From positions 62,001 to 126,000 of the forward strand of contig NIVC01000206.1 in NCBI GenBank assembly GCA_002269645.1: a stretch of DNA of 64,000 bases, given 5' to 3'. This stretch comes from Macrostomum lignano (lineage: Eukaryota). This document shows positions 42,927 through 55,147 of this stretch, piece by piece; positions within the stretch are counted from its first letter, which is position 1; the number at the start of each line of letters is the position of its first letter. The notes under the pieces were generated by a model. The model saw nothing but the letters and a program-made list of their open reading frames with translations. It did not search any database and was not told the origin of the DNA. Made by a program: the position numbers and the translations under genes.

Positions 42927-44505
42927 TGTAACCGCCCTTAATGACCGTCCGCTCCACGGGGAGGCGAACGTATGACCATAGGAGGCAATGACCGTAGGCT
43001 GCCTATGACCGGGCAATGACCTGACGGACCTCCAGCATCAGACTGTCCCGCCCACATGATTGATAGTTTTGGTAGCGCTTTCGTGACCAGAGGGCCAAGG
43101 ACCCACATGGACCCCATCTGTAGCCAAGGCGCAATAGTCGGTCACTCGGTCATAGTATGACCGAGTGGCTGCCACCACTCTATGTGACCTGGCGCACCTG
43201 GATCTCACTACCAGACCTCTCGAGGCTAGAGCCCCGCCTGGATTGGTTACCAGGGGATTTAGGCTAACAGGGGAGACGAGTACAGGGACTCTGCTTGGAG
43301 CATATTCGGGAACTCTGGGCTCAATCTGGAGGATTTCTCAGCAGGGGATCCTTTGTTGGCTGTGAATGAGGCGGACTTGCGGCGTCAATTACTAAGAGTA
43401 GTGTGAGGCGAACATGTACTAGCTATAGTTTAGATTGCTCAGGGCGAAGGGACGCGTCAGCATGGGGTTGCAACCTTCCTACTGCCATTCTGAGCCAAGA
43501 CTCGCTAATCCCTCTACTGCACGCACACTCGGACCCGCAGCACGCATACACATGCGGGCTTTGCACGGGGAGAGGCCATTAGCTTACCCAAACTTCCTTA
43601 TGCTTTGCCACCCCGAGAGAAAGGCTTAGCAAGATGGTGAAGGTGTGAGAAATCAGGAGTTTAGTAATTGTTAATGATTAGGCCCTTAGGCGAAATAAAC
43701 AGGCAATTAGGCTTCACTATTAGTAAGTACAGCAAAGATACGGTAACACAATTGGCTCAGCTCTCTAATCAAACAATGGGAAATAAGCAAACCCCGGATA
43801 AGCGAAGGCAATTAGAGCACAAATCAGTACAGGAGCTCACCGGCGGCTGCACAGAGAGAGAGAGCGATGGAGTGACCGAGGGCGACTGTTGGCTGCGGAC
43901 AGGCAGGTAGTGAAGCGGCGATGCGCTGGAGCGACGAGGCGCTGATGTAGCTCAGGTGATGCGGTATCAGACCGCGGGCCGGCAGATGAGCTCGCTTGGG
44001 GAGCTGAGGGAACTTGACGGTATCGGACCGCGGACCGGCAGAGATTCGTCCTATAGACGAATTTGGGGTCAGATCAACGTCTGATGGCAAGTCCTAAGAG
44101 AGGACGAGAAGGACCGAAGTCGAAGCGTCAAAATGCAAACGTCTGAGGGTTCTCACGCCGAAAACCGCTTCCTTAAATAGCCCTCACGGCCGCCGCTCCA
44201 AGGTCGTTTCCATGACTCCCTCTCTCTGATTCGCTGCCGGAGAAATGACGTCAGAATGAGTCATGATGAGAAGCATGAGAACGGCATAGCAAACATGAGA
44301 AATGAGAGAATTGCGCAATCCGGAGGAGGGGTGGGGGAAATGAGCACAGCGGGGGTCGAAGAAGTGTTGCGCAAGAGGGGGTCATGAGTCATCGGGGTGA
44401 AGGAGGGGTCAGAGGCCTTGCGTCACCGTTTGGGATTCTAAAAGGGGATGGGGCGACGGTGAGCACAAGCAATACTGTAAGTAAGCACGGGATGAGGAGG
44501 GGACA
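42927..44505 (-). mobile_element. LTR-like long repeat, copy 1
   Basis: Reverse complement of 53528-55147. Homology is bounded by TGT...ACA, with CCAAT, TGACGTCA and TATTTAA motifs inside. No TSD, PBS or PPT was found. Confidence 0.7.
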
Positions 44506-44699
44506 GCGCAAGAAAAGCGGGCTAACATGGTGAGTAAGACGAGGAATGCGAGAAGTACATGATAAAGGGGTGGGGCGCTTGAAAAATGGGGAGGTAGGCG
44601 AGGTGCATAATGAAAAAAGGGGCTCCGGAAGGGCACGTGTGGCTGAGTGGGAGACAGAACCGAGACAGCAGGGGGTCGCAGCAGAGCGGGAGTCAGCTG

Positions 44700-47040
44700 G
44701 CCTGGTCAGGGGAGCCACCCTAGCGGCGGGCATTATCACTGAAGACTTGATCGCTCGTGCGGTCAGAACCTTCAAGCCCTTCAAATCTCCTGGACCTGAT
44801 GGTATCTACCCTGTTCTTCTTCGTGAAGCAGCCAATATACCCTCGTTCTTGAGACTCGCAATCTCATGCGGGCCTCTATCCAGCTGGGATACGTTCCCAA
44901 GTGCTGGACCAAAGCTCGGGTAGTCTTCATTCCCAAACCCGGGAAGGGTGAACTACCAGAGCGTCAAGGCCTTTAGGCCAATTAGCTTAACGTCAGCAAG
45001 CTCTGGTCGCTGCTTTCATGCGAGCTGACAGCAATGCCCCTCAAGCAATAATCAGCACGCCTTCCGTACCAGGTCGACTGACAGCGCCCTGCATGCGATT
45101 GTCGAGAAGATTGAACGGGTAGTACTTGGTGACGGTAACGCCCTGGCTCTTTTTCTCGACATTATTGGCGCCTTCGACAACGTTATCTTTGAAGCGTTTC
45201 AGAGGGCCCTTCAAAACCGCAAAGCTCACGCTACCCTCATACGGTGGATCATGTACATGATCTCCAACCGTACGGTCACTGCCCAACTTCTTGGGCAAAC
45301 TGCCTCCACCAGAGTCTGTAAGGGTGGACCCCAAGGCGGAGTCCTCACCCCGACGCTCTGGAACCTGGTCATGGACGCTCTCCTGGGCGACTCACGACCT
45401 GATCCCGTCTTCAAAGTCGGGCATGCTGACGACGTCACTGCCATTGTGGCAGGACCGTCTCCCAGCACGCTCAGGGATCTGATGCAGAGCTTTATCCGCA
45501 AAGCCGAATCCTGGGCCAATGACAACGGTCTGGAACTCTCTGAGCCCAAAACTGTTGCCATTATGTTCACCAGCAGAATACGCTGGAACATACGACCTCT
45601 GCAGTTATACGGCAGAGATATTGCCTTCGCGCACCAGACCAGATGTCTTAGGGTCATACTTGACCACCGGCTCAACTGGTCCTTCCACGTGAAAGCAAAA
45701 GCCAAGCGTGCCTCAGCCATCCTGGCCCAGCTCCGACGAGCACTTGGCACTTCTTGGGGTCTATCCCCAAAGCGGCTTTGGTGGATCTACACTTCCGTAG
45801 TTAGACCCGCCATTACGTACGCCTCGGTTGTCTGGGTTAGCGCTACCCAGGTCAAAAGCCACGCAGATTTGCTCAACACGATCCAGGGCAGAGCGTGTAG
45901 GCTTATCTGCAACGCCACCAGGTCCACGCCCTTTGCCGGCATGGGGGCCTTCCTTAATCTACCGCCTCTCGACCTCTTCGTCAGGGGTGAGGCGGCTAGA
46001 ACGATGCGGCGCTTACTTGATGCCGGTGTCAAATTCATTTACATGAGGGCAACTGCTAAGCGGAACCTTGTCCCGCATAGCGACCTGTGCCTCAACATTC
46101 TCAACGAGTGTCAGGCCAATTGCGTCTTCACCGATGACATTGCCTCAACAACGCTCAACCTGAAACAACGCTACTCCGTAGCTATAGACTCGCGCGATAC
46201 CATCAATGACCACTGGAAACCTGGTGAGTTTCATTGCTACACCGACGGTTCTAAGCAGTCAGCCAACACCGGTTTTGGTGTTGGAATCTTCCTGAACGAG
46301 AGGGTCATCGCAACCCACGCTCAGTACACTGGGGTCAACTTCAGTGTCTTCCAAAATGGAGTTCTCGCCATCAGCTCCTGCACGGCAGAGCTTCTCGCCA
46401 CTGGCGTAACCGGTAAGAACATCATTTTCCATTTGGACAGCCAAGCTGCCTTGCACGCCATCAGTGGCTGTAGTACCAATTCTGCTACAGTCCTCAACTG
46501 TATCAAACTCCTCAACATGTTGGGTTCCACCAACAAAATCACCCTTAAGTGGGTTCCGGGGCATGTGGGGATCCGAGGAAATGAGTTGGCTGACGCCCTT
46601 GCAAAAGTTGGTGCCTCCGGCTCCTCTCTCGGTCCAGAACCTCTTGTCCCGATTCCTGGCTGTGTCATTGACTCGCGCATCAAAGCGTGGATCAGGACCC
46701 AGCACCGCTCGACCTGGGCGAACTGCACTACATGCAGGCAATCCAAAGGTGCTGTCCCTCAGCCCTCTCACCTGCTCCGGAAGCTCCTCTTGCGCCTCTC
46801 GCGCAGAGACATCCGGGCTGCCACCATGACCCTCCTAGGTCACAGCTGCTTCTCTAGGCACCAGTACCTGCAGGGCAACACCACCAACGCCATCTGCAGT
46901 TTTTGTAACTCAGGTGACGAAACCGCTGAGCATTTCCGCCAGACTCACTTACCTCGGGCCACACACATCTATTACTGAAGTGTGCAAACCCGAAAACTTT
47001 CATCAGCTCATGCGCTACCTCCGGGCCACCCGCAGGGCCG
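44700..47040 (+). mobile_element. 5'-truncated, frameshifted non-LTR retrotransposon with RT + RNase H (R1/LOA/I-group-like)
   Basis: Motifs FKPFKSPGPDGIYP, RPISLTS, FLDIIGAFDNV, GPQGGVLTPTLWNL, GHADD, then RNase H YTDGS, LDSQAAL, WVPGHVGIRGNELADALAK and a CxxC..H knuckle. Several frameshifts. Confidence 0.92.
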
Positions 47041-47515
47041 AACTCTCCTTTCCAGAGAGCACTATAGCTGATGTTGAAATATGGCTTAATGCATCAGCTA
47101 TTGTCAGTGACAATCCATGTGGTACTCAATACTTGAAAGCATTGGCTATATGGGACATGGAGGCAGCAGTAACCAAAGCCCAGATTGAGAAATTAAGCCA
47201 AAAAAACTTTTAGATATCATTCTGATGCTACTACGACATTTCGTTCGTAAAAGCAATTATCATCATCAACGCCCTAAAAATGTCTAAAAAACGCTCTAAA
47301 ATTCATGAATGATTCAGAAAATATTGTATCCTGTCTATAATTATATGGGCTCCGTAGAAAAATACACAAAATACTACTCACACAAGAACACTCCAGCTAT
47401 ATTGTTCCAGTCAATAAAAAGAAAAAACTAACACAGAGACTCTCATTTCATTTTTCATTGTGAGAGAAACCAGAGTTCATAGAGCATAGCACCGATTGGT
47501 TGAGTAGCAAACGGT

Positions 47516-48514
47516 TCAATAACTTCCGCCCTTGTTCCAACGCTGTCCGCTCCTGTTCCAGCGCTGTCCACCCTTGTTCCAGCGCTGTCCGCCCTTGTTC
47601 CAGCGCTGTCCGCCCTTGTTCCACTGTCCGCCCTTGTTCCAGCGCTGTCCGCCCTTGTTCCAACGTTGTCCGCCCTTGTTCCAGCGCTGTCCGCCCTTGT
47701 TCCAACGTTGTCCGCCCTTGATCCAACGTTGTCCGCCCTTGTTCCAGCGCTGTCCGCCCTTGTTCCACTGTCCGCCCTTGTTCCAGCGCTGTCCGCCCTT
47801 GTTCCAACGTTGTCCGCCCTTGTTCCAACGCTGTCCGCCTTTATTCCAACGTTGTCCGCCTTTGTTCCAGCGCTGTCCGCCTTTGTTCCAGCGCTGTCCG
47901 CCCTTGTTCCAGCGCTGTCCACCTTTGTTCCAGCGCTGTCCGCCCTTGTTCCAACGCTGTCCGCCCTTGTTCCAGCGCTGTCCACCTTTGTTCCAGCGCT
48001 GTCCGCCCTTGTTCCAGCGCTGTCCACCTTTGTTCCAGCGCTGTCCGCCCTTGTTCCAACGCTGTCCGCCCTTGTTCCAGCGCTGTCCACCTTTGTTCCA
48101 GCGCTGTCCGCCCTTGTTCCAGCGCTGTCCACCTTTGTTCCAGCGCTGTCCGCCCTTGTTCCAACGCTGTCCGCCCTTGTTCCAACGCTGTCCGCCCTTG
48201 TTCCAGCGCTGTCCACCTTTGTTCCAGCGCTGTCCGCCCTTGTTTCAACGCTGTCCGCCCTTGTTCCAACGCTGTCCGCCCTTGTTCCAGCGCTGTCCGC
48301 CTTTATTCCAGCGTTGTCCGCCTTTGTTCCAGCGCTGTCCGCCTTTATTCCAACGTTGTCCGCCTTTGTTCCAGCGCTGTCCGCCCTTGTGCTTTCTGCT
48401 CCAGTCGATGGCTCTGACGCCGGAGCTATCAGGCAGATTGGCGGCCGCGATGGCGCACAAAAGCGCCGCAGTGGCCGCCAGAAGAAGAAGATGCCTCGAA
48501 GACTTTGTCGGCAT
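47516..48514 (-). CDS. Secreted cationic repeat protein: signal peptide + 41 x KGGQRWN (332 codons; internal TGG>TGA at 48245-48247)
   Basis: MPTKSSRHLLLLAATAALLCAIAAA signal, short pro-region, then an in-frame array ending WNKGGSY*. Recurrent unit variation falls at third codon positions and the indels are 3 nt. Confidence 0.8.
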
Positions 48515-48932
48515 TCTGTTTGCTTGAAGCAGATACCTTGGTCAGTTAGCAAAAATGTTTACCTGTCTGAGTGCAATATACATCGGTTATTTATGCTGAA
48601 TTTGAAGAAGCACACGATAGGTTGATTACACAAACGCACCTGCAACAGAGCGCTGATGACAGGTGAGTATTCAGATGTGTTGAGACAGTCTCAAATTGAC
48701 AGGAATTCAACAATTTGGCCAAATTAATAGTAAGTCTGGCTTGACTTTGCCAGGTGCAAACCGCTAATTAGCCAAATTTATTAATTTATTCCAGTCAAGA
48801 AGCAGCTCGTATTAATTAGCAGTGCGCGTCAAAAATATTTGATCTGCTACGGAAGGAAAGCGGGTTTGCGAGGAAATTCTTAGAAACCTCACAATTTTTC
48901 CGGCGATAAAAACTAAAAAACTCATTTTTTAA

Positions 48933-49672
48933 TGTGAGGGAGGTCAGTGTGAGGGAGGTCAGTGTGAGGGAGGTCAGTGTGAGGGAGGTCAGTGTGAGGG
49001 AGGTCAGTGTGAGGGAGGTCAGTGTAAGGGAGGTCAGTGTGAGGGGGTCAGTGTAAGGGAGGTCAGTGTGAGGGAGGTCAATGTGAGGGGGTCAGTGTGA
49101 GGGAGGTCAATGTGAGGGGGTCAGTGTGAGGGAGGTCAGTATAAGGGAGGTCAGTGTAAGGGAGGTCAGTCTGAGGGAGGTCAGTGTGAGGGAGGTCAGT
49201 GTGAGGGAGGTCAGTGTGAGGGAGGTCAGTGTGAGGGAGGTCAGTGTGAGGGAGGTCAGTGCAAGGGAGGTCAGTGTAAGGGAGGTCAGTCTGAGGGAGG
49301 TCAGTGTGAGGGAGGTCAGTGTGAGGGAGGTCAGTGTGAGGGAGGTCAGTGTGAGGGAGGTCAATGTGAGGGGTCAGTGTGAGGGAGGTCAGTGTAAGGG
49401 AGGTCAGCGTGATGGAGGTCAGTGTGAGGGAGGTCAATGTGAGGGGGTCAGTGTAAGGGAGGTCAGCGTGATGGAGGTCAGTGTGAGGGAGGTCAATGTG
49501 AGGGGGTCAGTGTGAGGGAGGTCAGTGTAAGGGAGGTCATTATGAGGGAGGTCAGTGTGAGGTAGGTCAATGTGAGGGAGGTCAGCGTGATGGAGGTCAG
49601 TGTGAGGGTCAGAGTGAGGGAGGTCAGAGTGAGGAAGGTCAGAGTGAGGGAGGTGAGGGAGGTCAGTGAGGG
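48933..49672. repeat. G-rich ~15-bp minisatellite (gtgtgagggaggtca)
   Basis: ~49 units of 14-15 bp, most containing AGGTCA or GGGTCA. Confidence 0.95.
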
Positions 49673-50282
49673 AGTTTGGTATTGTTGAGCCACAGCATTT
49701 CAGCAATCCCCCCATATGAGTCTTGATGTCTCAGCAATTCTTCATGAACCTCGAGCAGAGTTTCGGAAAACACCCCAGCCCCTTGACTTCTTAGCAGTTG
49801 CCCCACGAGTCTTATATGGTTGACATGACGCTTCTTTTATTGTCGAAATAACGGTTCTTTTATCTGTCTTCTTGACCTTCGCAAAACAGCATGTTCTTCG
49901 AATATTGAATCCCTTTAGTATTGAGCGATTTCCTAGCCACGACACGTACCGTCACTGGAAAATTTCTGATCGAACGGTGCAAGTTTGATGAAAATCGGTT
50001 GAGCCGGTTTTTTATTTCAAAAAATCAACTACACAAGACAGACAACTCATTTCTATAGTTAGTATAGGTGTAAGGAATGGGATTTGCCCGAATTATAACG
50101 GGCGATTTTATTTATGAACTTCAATCAAACATTTTAATGCCGCATAGAGCGTTTAGGAATAGACATTGCTATATATAGTTTACGATGTACTTTAAAATGA
50201 AGTCAGTCTGGCTTAGAAGATGATGACTGCCCCATCTTAATGCCAATAAATGCAGACATGAAAAAATGACACCGTTAGAGCA

Positions 50283-50612
50283 TCACCGCTTTTTACCAGC
50301 CCGTCTATTATCAAGCCTTCTTTTATTTCCCGCAAATTTATTGTTGAACTTTGACGCCGCTTTCGAGTTAACGTGGCGAATCTTCTCAACCTTGCCGCTA
50401 TTGTTGGCAGCCGATGATTGGGCCTTCTTATTTCTGGCAGCCTTCCTGCCCGCACCGCCGGAGCCTGTTATGCGCAGCCTGGCTCGCTCGGCGATTTTGT
50501 CGGCTCGTTCGCGAACTTTCGCTTCGGCCCGATCCGCTTGCAGCCGGGCGTAGCCGACTGGCCGCTTCTTGGCGACGCGGGCGCCCATAGCAACCAGGAG
50601 GCGAGCGCGAAC
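50283..50612 (-). CDS. C1orf131/DUF4602 (FSAF1-like) small-subunit processome factor, last exon
   Basis: Acceptor taatctcag| gives VRARLLVAMGARVAKKRPVGYARLQ, which resembles the C1orf131 motif ERA..LGAKPPK..YVNYK.LQ, followed by a basic tail. Confidence 0.55.
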   Translation of the reverse strand, partial: VRARLLVAMGARVAKKRPVGYARLQADRAEAKVRERADKIAERARLRITGSGGAGRKAARNKKAQSSAANNSGKVEKIRHVNSKAASKFNNKFAGNKRRLDNRRAGKKR

Positions 50613-50707
50613 CTGAGATTATAAAAATATTGTGAGAAATTAGTTACATGGCTGGGTGTTCCATTATTATTACACTAGCTAATCTCTTTCTAATAAAATA
50701 TTAATAA

Positions 50708-51075
50708 AAGGCTGAAAATCTCACTAATAAATGGCTAATAGAAAACTCCAACCTCACTAATGAATGGCTATAGAAGGCCGGAAACCTCACTAATGAATGG
50801 CTATAGAAGGCCGGAAATCTCACTAATGAATGGCTAATAGAAGGCCGGAAATCTCACTAATGAATGGCTAATAGAAAACTCAAATCTCACTAATGAATGG
50901 CTAATAGAAAACTCAAATCTCACTAATGAATGGCCAATAGAAAACTCAAATATCACTAATGAATGGCTAATAGAAAACTCAAATATCACTAATGAATGGC
51001 TAATAGAAAACTCAAATCTCACTAATGAATGGCTATAGAAGGCCGGAAATCTCACTAATGAATGGCTAATGAAAG
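50708..51075. repeat. 32-33-bp intronic minisatellite
   Basis: Unit aatctcactaatgaatggctaatagaaaactca with an aggccgga variant. Confidence 0.9.
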
Positions 51076-51155
51076 ACTGAAAATCTTGGCTATGGCTGAC
51101 TAAAGATATTGCAGAACAGCAGATTCAGACCACAGCTAGATCAGGAATGCTTCAC

Positions 51156-51416
51156 CTTCCGTTTCTCTTTGCCCTCCAGCATTAGGCATTGAGATTTGAG
51201 CACATCAACTCGAACAGATGCAAGTGGCGCCTGCAGCAGTTGATTCAGCTCAGCATCCAATGGCGCATCATCGCCATCAGTAGTCGCTTTTTTGGCAGTA
51301 GATTTTTTGCCAGACTGTTTTCTTCGAGATGACAAATCGAAGTGAGCAAAATCTGGGGCAAGGCGAGGCTGCTTTACACCCGCCGATGGGGGCTGCTTTT
51401 TTGCTGCTTTTTTTGC
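51156..51416 (-). CDS. C1orf131/DUF4602-like gene, penultimate exon (upstream exons not identified)
   Basis: Acceptor gtctttag| and donor AAG|GTGAAG are both phase 0. Lys-rich AKKAAKKQ...LEGKEKRK joins the last exon in frame. Confidence 0.55.
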
Positions 51417-52612
51417 CTAAAGACAGTTAAAGTAAAAACTGTATATTACTGCTAAATCAATACAGGTACTTATTGACAAGATATTGAATAATATTTTATA
51501 CATATGATACACTGATTAGACCAGGCCTCCCACTATTCCCACTTCACTCAAATTGCTTATACTATATATGTATTGATGTCATTTCCCTGCATGGAAATCC
51601 CTATTTTGCCCCTTAGTGTATTTCAGGTGTCTGTCCCCTGTATTTTGTTTCACTGTTAATTTGAATAGGGTTACACCCAGTGTTTAGTCACTACCACCAA
51701 CCAGAGTATCCAATTTTTCCATTGCATGAAATTCTCTTTCCAACTGGGGTAACCCCTCTCCTCCCAGTGGCTCATGAGAGCAAGAGTCTGAGTCCCCTTT
51801 GCCTTTTTTTATCAGCCAGACTTAAGTGGAATACCCCTATCCATGACTCCAATATTTGAGGACCCTAATTGTTAGCCCTAACTGCCCTAACCCAACCAGC
51901 TCCTTTCCCAATAATACCCCTAATTGCAACTAACTAATTACTTAAGTGTTATTAAATAATAAACTAGGCCTAATCTCAATTGTGATAACATTTTTAGATG
52001 TGCAACTAGTAATTAGGCCTAAGATACAATAAATTTATCTTAAGCTGTTATTTGAGCCTTTGTGACCTTAGAAAGCATTTATCAATTCTTGATAATCTAA
52101 TTAAGAGGAGTTCTTAGACAAATTTGAGCTAATTGTATCTCCAAGAATCTTCTTTGTGAATTAGGCCTACCAGTGATAGAATCAAACTAACCACTTTTAG
52201 TATAGGCCCCCTAATACTTAGTGAATTTAGCTTATTCTGGTTTTCTGTGGTAGACCTAGCTAATATACATTTTTGGCATTTTGAAAGATATCATCAATTA
52301 GGCCTAGGCTACTTAGCCACAATAATAGCTAAAACAACAATAGTTTTATATTACTTAGCAACAGTAAAAAGTATAAAAATTAAAGTAAGCTAAAAAACTT
52401 TTTTCCTTTTATATTAGACCTAGGCAAAATATAAATAGGCCTGCCTTATTTATTAACTTAGTCTTAATAAATAAACAATAGGGTTTGTATTTTATATGGC
52501 ATGCAATAGGATCCTACCAAAAACAAACTACAATTAAGTTGATAAAAACATAAGCAGATTAGGCCTAATCAATTGTCATTGTCAATTGTCTGGTTTCCTA
52601 TGCATGAAAACA

Positions 52613-53360
52613 GAGTACTAGGCCTAGTCATTTTGGCAAGAATTCATTTAGGCAAAAAGTCATTTTGGCAAAAAGTCATTTTGGCAAAAAGTCAATGTAT
52701 TTTTTTAAAGTCATTTTTGCAAAAAGCTTACTAATATATGTAAAATGGGCAATAGTGCAGTTTCATTCGCAAATTATTTTTTGTGTAAGTTTAACTTTAA
52801 ATTTGTAAAATGGTGCAAGTTAACTATAAGTTTGTTATGAAACAAACATTTTCCTAGTGACAGATAAAATGAAAAGATTGTTAGCCTAATTTGGGAAATT
52901 TTCAATAATATTATGTACAACAAGTGTGTGCAACAAGTGTGCAAACTTTAAAGTAACATGAGTGACAATTGATTGCTTTGGTACACATCAGTTGGTATGT
53001 ACGCACGCACAGACGCACTGCACCCTTAAAACTTGCTCAATCATTCAATCACTTGAACCGTACTTGAAATGTATGTCTAACTTTCAAGGTTCTCAATTTT
53101 TACCTACATTAAACCATTCATTTAATGTTACACTAAACATTTTTATAAATCAAAGTTAAGTTCCCTTTGCCCGTATATACACATTTTTACATATTCAAAA
53201 ACTGCAACAAGCAACTGATAAACAAAGAGGTAATACACTATAACTATATAGCACCTTCTAAACATGGTGAAAACTTTTTGTTGAAATGAATTTTGCTAAA
53301 ATGACTTTCACCTAAATAACTTTCACCAAAATGACTTTTTTGCCAAAATGATCATAACCC
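52613..53360. mobile_element. Mutator-like (MULE) MITE
   Basis: Exact 9-bp TSD atgaaaaca at 52604-52612 and 53361-53369, G-initiated degenerate TIRs, and inverted subterminal gtcattttggcaaaaa repeats. Confidence 0.7.
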
Positions 53361-53527
53361 ATGAAAACATGCTAGTGGCTAGCCATCAATGACTATTTTA
53401 GGGATGCATTCAATTCAGGTATACACAAAGCTGCCTCTTGCCTAGAGCTCAACGACATCATCACCAAGAGCATGCAGCAGGCTATGCTAGGGCCTAGAGT
53501 TTGTGCACACAGTAATTGTGTAGCTGA

Positions 53528-54465
53528 TGTCCTCTCCTCATCCCGTGCTTACTTACTCGTACAGTATTGCTTGTGCTCACCGTCGCCCCATCTCCTTTTA
53601 GAATCCCAAATGGTGACGCAAGGCCTCTGACCCCTCCTTCACCCCGATGACTCATCACCCCCTCTTGCGCAACCTTTTCTCATGCTATTGTTCTCTTCTC
53701 AAGATTTCTCATGTGACACCCACCCCACCTTCGCTTCTATTGTTCTCGTTTTTTATTCTTTTGTTCTCTTTTCGCATCTAATTATCACATTTTCCCAGAT
53801 TTTCTCGTTCTATTGTTCTCCTTTTCGCACACAATTAGCACCTTTTTTCCTATGTTTACTTTTCTATTGTTCTCGGTTCTCCCCAATTATCCCCGATTTC
53901 CATTTCCTTTGTTCTCGGTCTGAATCCCATTGTTCTCAATGTTTGCTTGCGCAACACTTCTTCGCCCCCGCTGTGCTCATTTCCCCCACCCCTCCTCCGG
54001 ATTGCGCAATTCTCCCATTTCTCATGTTGCTATGCCGTTCTCATGCTTCTCATCATGACTCATTCTGACGTCATTTCTCTGGCAGCCAATCAGAGAGAGG
54101 GAGTCATGGAAACGCGGACCTTGGAGCGGCGGCCGTGAGGACTATTTAAGGAAGCGATTTTCGGCGTGAGAACCCTCAGACGTTTGCATCTTGACGCTTC
54201 GACTTCGGTCCTTCTCGTCCTCTCTTAGGACTTGCCGTCAGACGTTGATCTGACCCCCCATTCGTCTATAGGACGAATCTCTGCCGGTCCGCGGTCCGAT
54301 ACCGTCAAGTTCCCTAGCTCCCCGCGAACTCATCTGCCGGCCCGCGGTCTGATACCGCCCAGCATCCTCAGCATCACCTGAGCTACACCAGCGCCTCGTC
54401 GCTTCAGCGCATCGCCGCTTCACTACCTGCCTGTCCGCAGCCAACAGTCGCCCTCGGTCACTCCA

Positions 54466-54546
<81 letters not shown>

Positions 54547-55147
54547 GTGCAGCCACCGGTGAGTTCCTGTACTGATTTATGCTTTAATTGCCTTTGCTTA
54601 TCCGGGGTTTGCTTATTTCCCATTGCTTGATTAGAGAGCTGAGCCAATTGTGTTACCGTATCTTTGCTCTATTTTACTCAATAGTGAAGCCGCCTAATTT
54701 CCTGTTTATTTTGCCTAGGGGCCTAATTATTATCCATTACTAAACTCCTCATTTTTCACACCTTCACCATCATTTCACTCATGGCTTGCTAAGCCTTTCC
54801 GCCGGGGTGGCAAAGCATAAGGAAGTCTGGGTAAGCTAATGGCCTCTCCCCGTGCAAAGCCCGCCTGTATATGCGCCAGATGCGCCAGGTCACGAGTGGT
54901 GGCAGCCACTCGATCATACTATGACCGAGTGACCAACTATTGCACCTTGGCTACAGGTGGGGTCCATGTGGGTCCTTGGCCCTCTGGTCACGAAAGCGCT
55001 ACCAAAGCTATTAATCCTGTGGGCGGGACAGTCTGGTGCTGGAGGTCCGTCAGGTCATTGCCCGGTCATAGGCAGCCTACGGTCATTGCCTTCTATGCTC
55101 ATACGTTCGCCTCCCCGTGGAGCAGACGGTCATCAAGGGCGGTTACA
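53528..55147 (+). mobile_element. LTR-like long repeat, copy 2
   Basis: TGTCCTCTCC...GGGCGGTTACA. Relative to copy 1 it lacks ~350 bp, has ~280 extra bp between cttgcgcaac repeats, and has an expanded (CT)n at 54470-54545. Confidence 0.7.

Noticed and set aside
47448-48625. Alternative ORFs over the 21-bp array (TRADSAG, ALEQGRT, FQRCPPL, SALVPAL)
   Set aside because: Unit variants are largely non-synonymous in these frames and synonymous in the minus-strand KGGQRWN frame, which also has the signal peptide.
42927-55147. Single DIRS-like or Polinton-like element with inverted terminal repeats
   Set aside because: The interior has no tyrosine recombinase, gag, LTR-type RT, polB or integrase. 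It contains host genes and a LINE, and there is no TSD.
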